A DNA stretch of 64,000 bases from Candidatus Omnitrophota bacterium (GTDB taxonomy: Bacteria; Omnitrophota; Gorgyraeia; Zapsychrales; JANLHA01), in NCBI GenBank assembly GCA_020632535.1, contig JACKFJ010000001.1, positions 410,890 to 474,889 of the forward strand, written 5' to 3'. The position numbers were made by a program, and so were the translations under genes. The stretch's first letter is position 1. Every line of letters starts with the position of its first letter. Positions 27,779-37,225 of this stretch are shown piece after piece. The notes beneath the pieces were generated by a model, which had not been told where the DNA came from, did no database searches, and worked only from the letters and a program-made list of their open reading frames with translations.

Positions 27779-29626
27779 ACGTATTCTCCGACGATGCTGC
27801 GTTTGACAAATATCACGTCGACGAATGCCGCGGGGACAGTATTGCAAAATTTTTCGTACACGTATGATGGTGTGGGAAACATTACCGCGATTGTCGACGC
27901 TGTTAATACCGCCACGCAAACATTTAAGTACGACGCGCTCAATCGTTTGACGCAAGCGGTAGGCGCATATGGCACCAAAAATTATACGTTCGATCAGATT
28001 GGTAATATTATTACCAAAGATGGTTTGACGTATACGTATAGCAAGGTCGCGGCCGGTCCGCACGCGGTCACGTCATTGTCCGACGGAACCACGATCACGT
28101 ATGACATTAACGGCAATATGACAAGTAAGTCCAAGGCCGGCGAGGTCATGCAGTATTTTTATGATTCCGAGAATCGCTTATCGAGTGTAAAAAAGAACAC
28201 ATCGCTTATTGCTGAGTATTTGTACGACGGAGATGGCGGGCGGGTGCAAAAAACTTCGTATGTCACGACACCGGCAGTTGTCACCAAATACATTGGCGAA
28301 ATGTATGAGGAAACCGACAATGTCGGCACGATGTTTGTCTTTTTGGGAAGCCAGCGCGTCGCGGCAATTGACACGAATAGTGGCACACCGTTGTATTATC
28401 ACATGGATTATTTAGGTAGTACGAATGTGACGAGTGACAACAACGGCAACGTCGCGGAACTTATCGAATATGATCCATACGGAAAGATTCAGCGTCATGA
28501 CAATTATGGCGGAAACACCCGTTTGGCCAAGCAACAATTTACCGGAAAAAAGCTGGACGACGAAACCGGATTGATATATTTTGGAGCTAGATATTACGAC
28601 CCGCTCCTTGGCAGATTTATAACAGCAGATACGATCGTCCAGAATCCTAGCGACCCGCAGACGCTTAATCGCTATTCCTATTGCGGGAATAATCCGATTA
28701 ACCGCATCGATCCTGATGGGCATAGTTGGCTTTCAAAATTTTTTAAGAAAAATGCTGGATTAGGGAAGTTTTTATCTGGATTTTACGGAGTCGGTTGGTT
28801 ATACCCAACCGTAACTGGAAAGTGGAAAGAGTATGCTGTTGAACAAGCAGTTCAAGTTGCGTCTACATTGTCAACAATGTTTTTGCCTGGAACAGGAACA
28901 ATAGCCAGCAATTTTCTGATGAATGCTGGCTTACATGCAGCTAGAGGTACAGTGATCGGAGCTGTGACAGGTGGCCTCGCCGCTATTGGGCTAGGTAGCG
29001 ATTTTACTGATGGTGCGAAAACTGGAGCAATGTTTGGAGGAGCATCAGGAGCTTTGCAAGGAGTAGGAAGTTCAGAACAATATGGAAATTTAGTCAAACA
29101 TGGTAAGTTTGTGTCTAATTCTCGTTTTACAGCTTATCGTTCAGTACGGTTGGGATTTGAGGAAGCAACTAGTGGCATAACAGGGACATATGGCAAATTT
29201 GGACTTGTCTCAAGTCAGGGGCATACGGGTGTTGTCTTGACCAATAGTAGTGGCGCAATATTTGATGCAGCGGGTAAGTATCCAGCGAGTTTTGATAAGT
29301 CAGAATTATCATATGTCTTTGGTGGGGAATCTCCTGGAGCAATACGTAATGAAGTTAGTATGAATAAATTAATGAGAATAAATGCTGACGGAGGGATAGG
29401 ATTTAATCCAGGAGTTTCGGTAAGAATGTCTGAGATTAGTTATGCACAAGCAGAAGCATATTTTCAATACCAGAACATGGAGCCAGGGACATTTGCACTC
29501 AAGACGGATTGTGCTGATTGGGCACTGGGTGTAAGTCGATATATGGGAATATCTCACCCTGATGGCTTAAGAACATTTACTTATACCGATCCTTCAAAAA
29601 TAAAGAATTGGATAGAGGGTAGATAG
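27779..29626 (+). CDS. orphan Rhs C-terminal cassette A2 (longer Rhs tail plus third toxin domain)
   Basis: 27778-28647 is about 98% identical to 21405-22274 of the main gene. After DPDGH comes a Gly-rich hydrophobic stretch, then GHTGVVL...KTDCADWAL. The first in-frame ATG is at 27794 with no RBS. Confidence 0.7.
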   Translation, partial: TYSPTMLRLTNITSTNAAGTVLQNFSYTYDGVGNITAIVDAVNTATQTFKYDALNRLTQAVGAYGTKNYTFDQIGNIITKDGLTYTYSKVAAGPHAVTSLSDGTTITYDINGNMTSKSKAGEVMQYFYDSENRLSSVKKNTSLIAEYLYDGDGGRVQKTSYVTTPAVVTKYIGEMYEETDNVGTMFVFLGSQRVAAIDTNSGTPLYYHMDYLGSTNVTSDNNGNVAELIEYDPYGKIQRHDNYGGNTRLAKQQFTGKKLDDETGLIYFGARYYDPLLGRFITADTIVQNPSDPQTLNRYSYCGNNPINRIDPDGHSWLSKFFKKNAGLGKFLSGFYGVGWLYPTVTGKWKEYAVEQAVQVASTLSTMFLPGTGTIASNFLMNAGLHAARGTVIGAVTGGLAAIGLGSDFTDGAKTGAMFGGASGALQGVGSSEQYGNLVKHGKFVSNSRFTAYRSVRLGFEEATSGITGTYGKFGLVSSQGHTGVVLTNSSGAIFDAAGKYPASFDKSELSYVFGGESPGAIRNEVSMNKLMRINADGGIGFNPGVSVRMSEISYAQAEAYFQYQNMEPGTFALKTDCADWALGVSRYMGISHPDGLRTFTYTDPSKIKNWIEGR

Positions 29627-30154
29627 ATGAAGCTAAAGATTAGTGTTTTCCTTTGTAGCTTATGTTTAGTTAGTATTGTAGTTTTGCAAATTGTTGCCAA
29701 TTCTGAATCTAAGGAACAGTCTATTGAATTAAGAGAAATACAATGTATTCCGAAGTTATATGTTGAAGGTTTTGTTACTGAGCAAAGTACTTTTGAGGAG
29801 AGTAATCAGTCTGAAAAAACTTATTTGACAAAAATGCCAATTGATTTAGGAGAAAGAATATGTCTTAATATAGAAGACGATATCAATAAAAAATTAACTT
29901 CAAATAAGTATATTTTCTCAAATGTTAAACTCAGCGTGGAAATAAAGAAAATTAACCATATAACTTATTTGAATGATCCAATTATTGAAGAGGTTGAAGT
30001 TTTGGGTTTTGCAAATAATATGAAAATATTTAGTGTGTATTTTAGCCAAAAAAGGAATTATATTGATTTCAGGTTTTGGAAATCTATCAAGACCCCTGAG
30101 CAAATTGGTGTAATTTTAAGTAAAAAAATATTGAAAGAGATCACCCCAAAATAA
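29627..30154 (+). CDS. exported protein, candidate immunity protein for cassette A2
   Basis: Starts directly after the toxin stop (TAGATG). N-terminal signal/TM segment (ISVFLCSLCLVSIVVL). Confidence 0.55.
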   Translation: MKLKISVFLCSLCLVSIVVLQIVANSESKEQSIELREIQCIPKLYVEGFVTEQSTFEESNQSEKTYLTKMPIDLGERICLNIEDDINKKLTSNKYIFSNVKLSVEIKKINHITYLNDPIIEEVEVLGFANNMKIFSVYFSQKRNYIDFRFWKSIKTPEQIGVILSKKILKEITPK

Positions 30155-30180
30155 TTATAAGAATAAATGAGAGAATAAAT

Positions 30181-30847
30181 GGAGGCGTTACTGTAGGTGC
30201 CATGCTACCCCTAGAAAGAAATAGAATCTATGCAAAGAAAGCCACGAATGTTTGTGGATGGGGGATATTATCACCTTATTGCCAGAGGCAATAATCGATT
30301 GTTTATTTTTGCGGTGCCGGGAGGGTTTGATACATTTGTCAAATTATTACAGCAGTCAAAGAAAAAGTATAAGTGGAAATTATTGCATTATTGTTTAATG
30401 ACAAATCATATCCATCTGCTGATCCAGATTGAGCGCGGGAATGAATTAGCGAAACTAATGCAGTATTTGCTTTTTGAATACTCGCGTTGGTATCGGAAAG
30501 GTCATCAGTACATCGGACATTTGTGGCAAGGTCGATATAAAAGTGAGCTAATTGAAAATGAAAGTTATTTTCTGGAGTGCGGACGATATATTGAACGAAA
30601 TCCTGTGCGGGCGAAAATTGTTACAAAACTGGAAAATTATCAATGGTCAAGTTATCGACATTATGCGTTTGGTGAGAACGATTCGTTAATTGATGCTGAT
30701 CCTTACTATGAAGAGTTAGGAAAGGATACTTTGACAAGGCAAAAAAATTATCGAGATTATGTGGCATTGGAGGGGCCATATGACCAAGTAGTTGACAGGA
30801 CGCTCGTTGAAACCTACTTTTAGCCTGGCACCTACAGTAACGCCTCC
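30181..30847 (+). mobile_element. RAYT unit: Y1 transposase gene bracketed by perfect 22-bp inverted repeats
   Basis: ggaggcgttactgtaggtgcca (30181-30202) is the exact reverse complement of tggcacctacagtaacgcctcc (30826-30847). The repeats contain a GTAG tetranucleotide typical of REP sequences. Confidence 0.8.
30230..30823 (+). CDS. REP-associated tyrosine transposase (RAYT, IS200-like Y1 family)
   Basis: YHLIARGNN..., HUH motif (MTNHIHLLI), and GRYIERNPVRAKIV with the catalytic Tyr region. Confidence 0.85.
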   Translation: MQRKPRMFVDGGYYHLIARGNNRLFIFAVPGGFDTFVKLLQQSKKKYKWKLLHYCLMTNHIHLLIQIERGNELAKLMQYLLFEYSRWYRKGHQYIGHLWQGRYKSELIENESYFLECGRYIERNPVRAKIVTKLENYQWSSYRHYAFGENDSLIDADPYYEELGKDTLTRQKNYRDYVALEGPYDQVVDRTLVETYF

Positions 30848-30997
30848 TTTTTGACTCTTTTTGACTCAGTCGGCGCCTTTTGTATAGCTTTTTAAAAATT
30901 AACGATGCGCTTATGAAAAAATTAAAAAAGCTCGCCTCAATGAATCAATATTAATTATGCGTCTATTTGTGTCCAGTACATTCATCAAAGGAAAAAT

Positions 30998-31714
30998 ATG
31001 AAACTAAGAAAATTAGTATTATTGGCGGTCGCTTTATTCATTTCGTCGGGATGTGCGTCGACAAATTATCGTGCGTCGCCAAATTATCCGACTATTGCAA
31101 AACAAATTAAAACAATTGCGGTTATGCCGCCGGATGTCAAGATGTTCGAAATTTCAGCCGGTGGAATCTCGCAGGAGATGGACGAATGGGGTGAAGCTGC
31201 GAAAAAAAATATTATCGAAGCGTTGAAGAAAAATCTCGCTGACCGTTATGAGTTAAATGTAAAATTTATCGATGAGAAATGGCTAAAGGAAAAGTATAAG
31301 GACGCATGGCGCGATAATCGGTCGCTTTATAATGCGGTTTCCGACAGTGTCTATACGCACGCCTTTCGTGGTGTAGGGGTTTTCCCTTATAAGGTTGCGG
31401 CATTTGAATATACGCTTGGCCCGGAAATTGATAAGTTAAGCTCCGGACTTGATGCCGATGCGCTATTATTTATTTGGGGTATTGATTATGAATTGACCGG
31501 TGGACGCAAGGCGATGGAGTTTTTTCAGGCTGCGATTGGTGGTGTTTATTATTTTCATCCCAGCGTTTTGACAATGGGGTTGGTTAACGCCAAAACTGGT
31601 GATTTAGATTGGATCGCCATTTCCCCAACGGCTACAGAATATAATTTTCGAAATCAAAAACATATCGAAAGTGTTGTGGAATGGCTTACGCGAAGCTATT
31701 TGAAAAAAGAATAA
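30998..31714 (+). CDS. lipoprotein, function unknown
   Basis: Lipobox (LFISSGC). 238 aa. Confidence 0.6.
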   Translation: MKLRKLVLLAVALFISSGCASTNYRASPNYPTIAKQIKTIAVMPPDVKMFEISAGGISQEMDEWGEAAKKNIIEALKKNLADRYELNVKFIDEKWLKEKYKDAWRDNRSLYNAVSDSVYTHAFRGVGVFPYKVAAFEYTLGPEIDKLSSGLDADALLFIWGIDYELTGGRKAMEFFQAAIGGVYYFHPSVLTMGLVNAKTGDLDWIAISPTATEYNFRNQKHIESVVEWLTRSYLKKE

Positions 31715-32892
31715 GCGTTTGGGCTTTGAGCTTGATTCTGCTTATGGCCTCGGGTTGTGCAACTGTTAACGTTCCTAATGTGGGCGAAAAAGGTTACTCG
31801 TTAGAAGCGGAAGAACGTCGTTTGTTTAAGCGCTCTGAGGAGGTTTGTGATGTTATTGACGCGACCGATGAAGTTTATTCTAATAGAGAACTCGAAGAAT
31901 ATTTAAACCGGCTTGTACAAAAATTAACTCTTGATACGAATCCGACGGATCGAACAATTTCCGTAAAGGTTCTTAATGCCCCAGACTTTAACGCTTTTGC
32001 CTTGCCAAATGGCAGGATTTTTGTAAATATCGGGGCATTATCCGCGGCTGATAATGAAGCACAATTGGCGACACTTTTAGGACATGAATTAACACATGTG
32101 TTAAATCGTCACGCGTTAAAACAATTTCGATCGTTACAGAATAAAAGTGCGTTTATGTCCGTTTTTGATATTCCACTTGCTGTTGTTGGGGGTTCGGCTG
32201 GTATTTTGTTAGGACGTTTAGGAATGCTTTCTTCAATTTATGGATATTCGCAACAACATGAGTTTGAAGCTGACGAAAAGGGTTTTGAGGCTATTGAAAA
32301 ACTGAACTATGACGCGCGCGAATCGCCAAAGCTTTTTGAAAATCTTTTGGTTTTTATCAAATCGGAAGAGGTTTCTCAGCCATTTTTCTTTTCGACGCAT
32401 CCACATGTTAAAGAGAGAATCAAAAATTTTAATGTCATGTTAGAGCAGCGTAATTATATCTCGCATGACGGATTAATTATCGATACACCCGAATTTCAAA
32501 AGTTTGCTTACGAGATTTATACCACCCAGATTCGTCTCTGTTTAAGTCGCGGAATGTTTAAAACCGCGGAACAAAATTTTGTCAATCTAGAAAAGCGCTA
32601 TGCTAACCTGCCAGAAACGTTTTATCTCGGCGGTGAAATTTACCGCTTGCGTCAAGATGCAGAACGCAAAGGGAAAAAGCGTGATAAGAGGGATGATTAT
32701 CCCAAAGCTAGTGAGCGATATCGGCAGGCACTTAAGATCGACGCTAATTATGCGCCAGCGATTGTAAGTCAAGCGCGGGTTTTAGAAAAATTAGGACAGA
32801 AGGATGAAGCCAAAGTGTTGTTCAAAAAATATTTAGAAGTCAATCCGCAGGCTGCGGACCGTGAATACATCGAAAATTTTATAAAAGGATAG
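31681..32892 (+). CDS. M48 family metalloprotease with C-terminal TPR (BepA-like)
   Basis: Lipobox (LMASGC), HExxH (LLGHELTHVLNRH), and TPR-like C-terminus. Confidence 0.8.
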   Translation: MAYAKLFEKRISVWALSLILLMASGCATVNVPNVGEKGYSLEAEERRLFKRSEEVCDVIDATDEVYSNRELEEYLNRLVQKLTLDTNPTDRTISVKVLNAPDFNAFALPNGRIFVNIGALSAADNEAQLATLLGHELTHVLNRHALKQFRSLQNKSAFMSVFDIPLAVVGGSAGILLGRLGMLSSIYGYSQQHEFEADEKGFEAIEKLNYDARESPKLFENLLVFIKSEEVSQPFFFSTHPHVKERIKNFNVMLEQRNYISHDGLIIDTPEFQKFAYEIYTTQIRLCLSRGMFKTAEQNFVNLEKRYANLPETFYLGGEIYRLRQDAERKGKKRDKRDDYPKASERYRQALKIDANYAPAIVSQARVLEKLGQKDEAKVLFKKYLEVNPQAADREYIENFIKG

Positions 32893-32895
32893 ATT

Positions 32896-33453
32896 ATGAA
32901 AATGATGATTTGGATTTTTTTGTTGTGTGGGGTTTTTAGCGGATGCTCAACATTTAAGCCATGGGTCGCGATTGAAAAAAGTGAATATGTCGATACAGCA
33001 CGCGGGTTTAAGGCTTCTGTTCCCGTCGGTTGGATGCGGCTTACTCATAGCAAAGATTTTTTTATCACATATGACGGGGAGTTGTTAAACGATATCATTG
33101 TCGAGAAGAGCCGGCTTAATACAGATTTGGTAAATACCAAGCGAAAGTTTTTACCGGAAATGACGCCTCAGGAACTTGCCGAAGTCCAGATCGATTCTTT
33201 AAAATCCAACCCCAATATTACCAATGTCGTGATCAATTCGAATAAACCGACCACTGTTGATGGGATGCATGCCTTTTTACTGGATTACACATGCTTTAAC
33301 AAAGACGGTTTACAGTATCAGGCACGCAATATCGGTTTTATTTATGAGAACTGGATTTATTTAATATCTTATGAAGCTCCCGCCCAGCACTACTTCGCAA
33401 AATATGTCGGTCAATTTGAGGCTTTTTTAGCGAGTTTTCAGTTGATTAAATAA
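32896..33453 (+). CDS. lipoprotein, function unknown
   Basis: Lipobox (GVFSGC). 185 aa. Confidence 0.6.
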   Translation: MKMMIWIFLLCGVFSGCSTFKPWVAIEKSEYVDTARGFKASVPVGWMRLTHSKDFFITYDGELLNDIIVEKSRLNTDLVNTKRKFLPEMTPQELAEVQIDSLKSNPNITNVVINSNKPTTVDGMHAFLLDYTCFNKDGLQYQARNIGFIYENWIYLISYEAPAQHYFAKYVGQFEAFLASFQLIK

Positions 33454-33655
33454 AAAGAGGCTTTTCCAAAATACAAAGAAAAAGAAAGGTTTTTCACCCG
33501 ACTTTTCTAAAGCTTTGTTTGGTTTAGTCTTGACTAATCCAATATGAGTTTTATATTAGCCAATTTGTTCTCAAAAACTTGAGTTTTCGTTTTATCAATT
33601 CATTTTTGGCTCTATAATATTCTCAAAACCAATGTAAACTTTACAAGGAGACGCA

Positions 33656-34384
33656 ATGAATCCCTACCAGCCGTCTTATGATGACTTCAATACGACTAGT
33701 ACGGTAACAAAGAGTATGCCAAATCTCGACTGGAACACGCTTGTCGTTGATCCGTTAATGAATCTTGTTTCGCAGTGCATTGCTTTTATTCCCGATTTGA
33801 TCGCGGCTTTATATATTTTGGCGTTTGCATGGCTGATCGGAAAATTGTTGGAATTTGTCGTATCCAGTTTTCTTAAGGCTATTCGTTTTGACGTGATCGC
33901 GGATAAAATTGGATTAAATGACTTGATCAATAGTCAAAAGGGTGCGGCAATGAGCCCATCCAAATGGTTTGGCATCATTACATTTTGGCTGACGATTTGT
34001 ATTGCTTTGGTTATGGCGCTCAATCGTTTGCGATTGAATATGGCATCAAAATGGCTTGATGATATGGTTACGCTTTTGATTTCAATCTTTGCGGCGGTGA
34101 CGATTTTAACTCTGGGTATTTTCTTAAGCGAAATTGTATCTCGCATCGTCCACACCGGAGCACAAAAACTTGGCGTGCAACGCGGCGCGCTTTATTCGGG
34201 ATTTATTCGTTATGCCGTTTTGTTTTTTACACTGATGTTGACTTTGATGCAGTTTCATATTCCAGGGCAGTTTGTGTTAATCGCGGTTGGAGCTATTTTT
34301 GCGACGCTGTGTGTGACATTTGTCATCGCGTTTGGATTTGGCGGCAGCGCGTGGGCGGCAAAGGTGCTGGATAAGTTTTATTAG
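33656..34384 (+). CDS. integral membrane protein (conserved-TM-helix / small mechanosensitive-like)
   Basis: Four to five hydrophobic helices with repeated helix motifs. 242 aa. Confidence 0.5.
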   Translation: MNPYQPSYDDFNTTSTVTKSMPNLDWNTLVVDPLMNLVSQCIAFIPDLIAALYILAFAWLIGKLLEFVVSSFLKAIRFDVIADKIGLNDLINSQKGAAMSPSKWFGIITFWLTICIALVMALNRLRLNMASKWLDDMVTLLISIFAAVTILTLGIFLSEIVSRIVHTGAQKLGVQRGALYSGFIRYAVLFFTLMLTLMQFHIPGQFVLIAVGAIFATLCVTFVIAFGFGGSAWAAKVLDKFY

Positions 34385-34500
34385 TGGTAAACAGCTGTGA
34401 CCTTTAGTCTGATCTTACTTGAATTTTTCGTGATTTCAAAAGCGTTCTCTGCTATAATCCCGCCTTAAAGAAGATTTTCAATATTGATGAGGAGAGAGCA

Positions 34501-34962
34501 TTGTTTAAAAAGATTTTGGGATTCTTTTTTCGCCGTTCCAGCAAAATTAAGACGGACAAACTCATTTTAGTTGTTGACGATGGCGTGGTTGAACGAAAGT
34601 TCATGGAAAACACATTAGCACAGGCTGGGTATCGTGTCATGACCGCGAGTAACGGCGAAGAGGGCGTCAAAGTTGCCCGCGATATCAAACCGGATGTGAT
34701 TTTTTTGGATTATTCGATGCCGGGTGGCATAGACGGTCAGGAAACGTGCCGACGGATCAAGAGCGAAGATTATGCTAAGGAAATTCCGGTTGTTTTTTTG
34801 AGCGGTTCCGTAAGTCCGAGCAAAGTTATTGATTGTTATGACGTTGGCGCGGAATATTATTTATCCAAGCCGATCAGCGCCAGCACACTTTTGGAGCATA
34901 CTCGTCTTTTAATTGAAGACGCGGAATTGAGTAAAAAGCAATCTGCACAAAAAAAGCCATAA
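34501..34962 (+). CDS. single-domain response regulator (REC)
   Basis: TTG start 6 nt after GAGGAGAGAG. ILVVDDG...IFLDYSMPGGIDG...VVFLSG...KP receiver motifs. Confidence 0.8.
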   Translation: MFKKILGFFFRRSSKIKTDKLILVVDDGVVERKFMENTLAQAGYRVMTASNGEEGVKVARDIKPDVIFLDYSMPGGIDGQETCRRIKSEDYAKEIPVVFLSGSVSPSKVIDCYDVGAEYYLSKPISASTLLEHTRLLIEDAELSKKQSAQKKP

Positions 34963-34977
34963 TTTACCACTCAATTT

Positions 34978-36252
34978 ATGTTAGACATCAAACTCATTCG
35001 TGAAAATACTGACACTGTCAAAGCCGGTCTCAAGGCTAAGAATGTCAACATTGATCTCGACGTTTTGCTCGAACTGGATAAAAAACGTCGCGGGATTACG
35101 CAGGCAGTTGATGCTTTGCGTTCGCAGGTTAATACAGCCAATGAAGAAATTGGTCTTTTAATCAAAGAGAAGAAGGACGCCAAGGAAAAAATCAGCGCGA
35201 TGAAAGATATTTCACGGCGCATTGACGATTTACAGCCTGATTTAAAAGAACTTGATGAAAAAATTAGCACATCGCTTTTAATGATCCCCAATCTGCCGCA
35301 TGCTTCAGTGCCCGTTGGTAGTCCTGCCAATAATCAACATATTCGCTCTTGGGGAACGCCAAAAGAATTTGATTTCAAGCCTAAGACGCATATTGAATTA
35401 GCTGAAGCGTTAGATATTATTGACTTTAAACGTGCGACGAAAATCAGCGGATCTAACTTTATACTTTATAAAGGCATGGGTGCGCGATTAGAGCGTGCTT
35501 TGTACTGTTGGATGCTTGATTTGCATACGACCCAGCATGCGTATACCGAAATTTTTCCGCCTTTTCTGGTTAATGCCGCGTCGATGACGGGGACAGGACA
35601 ATTGCCGAAGATGAAGGATGATATGTATCATCTTTCACCGGAAGACTTGTATTTGATCCCCACTGCCGAAGTGCCTGTCACCAATATTCATCGCGATGAA
35701 ATGTTAAGCGCCGAGCAATTGCCGATCAATTATGCCGCTTATACCGCGTGTTTTCGTCGGGAAGCAGGGTCATATGGCAAAGACACTCGTGGATTGGTGC
35801 GCGTCCATCAATTTGATAAAGTCGAGTTGGTCAAATTTGTCAAACCGGAAAGTTCATATGATGAATTAGAGGCACTTGTTGGTCATGCGGAAAAAGTTTT
35901 GCAATTATTAAATCTTCCGTATCGGGTATTGATGCTTGCCAGTGGAGACATGAGTTTTGCCGCTGCCAAATGTTATGATCTTGAAGCGCACGCGCCGGGT
36001 TTGGGCAATTGGCTCGAGGTTTCGAGTTGTTCAAATTTTGAAGACTTTCAAGCCCGACGGGCAAACATTCGTTATCGCGATAAAGAGACCAAAAAGCCTA
36101 TGTTTGTTCACACGCTTAACGGTTCGGGTGTGGCATTGGCGCGCACGATGGTCGCGATTTTAGAGAACTATCAAACGAAAACCGGCGAAATTATGATTCC
36201 CGAACCTTTGCGTCCTTATATGGGCGGTTTGGATATGATTATTAGGCCGTAA
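34978..36252 (+). CDS. serS: seryl-tRNA synthetase
   Basis: MLDIKLIREN... coiled-coil N-terminal arm and class II core (TAEVP, FRREAGS, GSGVALARTMVAILENYQ). Confidence 0.95.
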   Translation: MLDIKLIRENTDTVKAGLKAKNVNIDLDVLLELDKKRRGITQAVDALRSQVNTANEEIGLLIKEKKDAKEKISAMKDISRRIDDLQPDLKELDEKISTSLLMIPNLPHASVPVGSPANNQHIRSWGTPKEFDFKPKTHIELAEALDIIDFKRATKISGSNFILYKGMGARLERALYCWMLDLHTTQHAYTEIFPPFLVNAASMTGTGQLPKMKDDMYHLSPEDLYLIPTAEVPVTNIHRDEMLSAEQLPINYAAYTACFRREAGSYGKDTRGLVRVHQFDKVELVKFVKPESSYDELEALVGHAEKVLQLLNLPYRVLMLASGDMSFAAAKCYDLEAHAPGLGNWLEVSSCSNFEDFQARRANIRYRDKETKKPMFVHTLNGSGVALARTMVAILENYQTKTGEIMIPEPLRPYMGGLDMIIRP

Positions 36253-36277
36253 TTTATTATTAACACAAGGAGTTGAT

Positions 36278-36880
36278 ATGGTTGACGCTTTTTTTATGTT
36301 GATCAAGATTATTTTTGCGGTTCTTTTAAGTCCGATTTGCTACGCGATTTCAAAAAGTTTTGCCGCGGAATTGCCAAGGTTAGGGGGGATGGAGCATCTT
36401 TTTATTTGGGGCGTTGTCGTCTATGTAGCTCTGCAGCTCTTTTTTTATACACCGCAAGGCCTGTTTCAATTTGCTCAGAAAGTTTTTGGTGATATCTTTA
36501 AATCCGTCCCGATTTTGGCCGCAGTTGTGCCTCTTTTTGTGCCGATTATTCCGACGATTATTCTTGTGGCTTGTTATGTTATGATCGCGTTCTTTAATTT
36601 ACAGCCTGTGCAAAGTTATATGCTGTTTTTTGCCGGATTTACGTTTGCGATGCATTTGATTCTTTCCGCGCATGCTGAATTTGAAGAAGACAATAGTGGA
36701 TTAAAACCGCATTATTTGTTTTTGTTTAGTTTGACTTTTATTTTTAATATTCTTTTATTATCCGTTTTGCTTGCGCTGAATTTTGCTGAATTTTCGTTTT
36801 GGAATTTCTTTTCGTCCGCGTTTGATACTGCAAAAGAAATTTATATTCACGTCTTTAACCAGCTTTTTGTGGTGAAGTAA
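36278..36880 (+). CDS. hypothetical integral membrane protein
   Basis: 200 aa with 5-6 hydrophobic helices. Confidence 0.5.
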   Translation: MVDAFFMLIKIIFAVLLSPICYAISKSFAAELPRLGGMEHLFIWGVVVYVALQLFFYTPQGLFQFAQKVFGDIFKSVPILAAVVPLFVPIIPTIILVACYVMIAFFNLQPVQSYMLFFAGFTFAMHLILSAHAEFEEDNSGLKPHYLFLFSLTFIFNILLLSVLLALNFAEFSFWNFFSSAFDTAKEIYIHVFNQLFVVK

Positions 36881-36911
36881 GGGTAGGGACGTTGCCGATT
36901 TTTTAGGTCTT

Positions 36912-36984
36912 TGTCATTCCCGCAGTCTTTTAGCTGGAATCTGTTTTGTCGTGGATCCCCGATAAGAGATTTCGGGGATGACAA
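36912..36984. repeat. family-2 repeat, full copy
   Basis: tgtcattcccgcagtcttttagctggaatc...ggatccccgataagagatttcggggatgaca. Confidence 0.8.
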
Positions 36985-36991
36985 GGTTGGA

Positions 36992-37092
36992 ATAGATTGC
37001 TTCGTCGCCCTGCGGGCTCCTCGCAATGGGATTTATGGCCTAACGGCCTCCTCGCAATGGGATTTATGGCCTAGCGGCCGCATCGCAATGGT
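36992..37092. repeat. family-1 right half followed by 2 extra 31-bp tandem copies of its terminal segment
   Basis: atagattgcttcgtcgccctgcgggctcctcgcaatggg, then (atttatggcct.[ag]cggcc.c.tcgcaatgg) twice. Confidence 0.8.
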
Positions 37093-37225
37093 ATTTAAAA
37101 GTCGCCTACTTTTTTAATTTGCATTTTTGTTAAAGTTCGGCTAATATGTTTGTGTTTTCCCAATAAATACCCCTTACAAATATAAAAATGTGTTTATACC
37201 ATCCATTAACGTGAGGGGTCATTTT

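Noticed and set aside
15764-29557. Numerous 60-190-aa ORFs in other frames or antisense within the Rhs A gene and its orphan copies (for example 20461-21042(-), 21298-21690(-), 22452-22772(-), and the triplicated sets at 21786-22287, 24008-24506 and 28159-28723).
   Set aside because: They lie entirely inside a long, well-supported Rhs reading frame. The triplicated sets merely reflect the direct repeats. They have no independent coding signal.
34963-34977. Looked for a T-box or other leader upstream of serS because of the tRNA-Ser-related hairpins.
   Set aside because: serS starts only 15 nt after the upstream REC gene stop, which leaves no room for a leader RNA.
36911-37117. ORF 36911-37117(+) (MSFPQSFSWNLF...), ORFs 48822-49013(-) and 48844-49044(+), and ORF 52448-52756(+).
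   Set aside because: They are composed of family-1 or family-2 repeat sequence or the 24-bp tandem array, not genuine genes.
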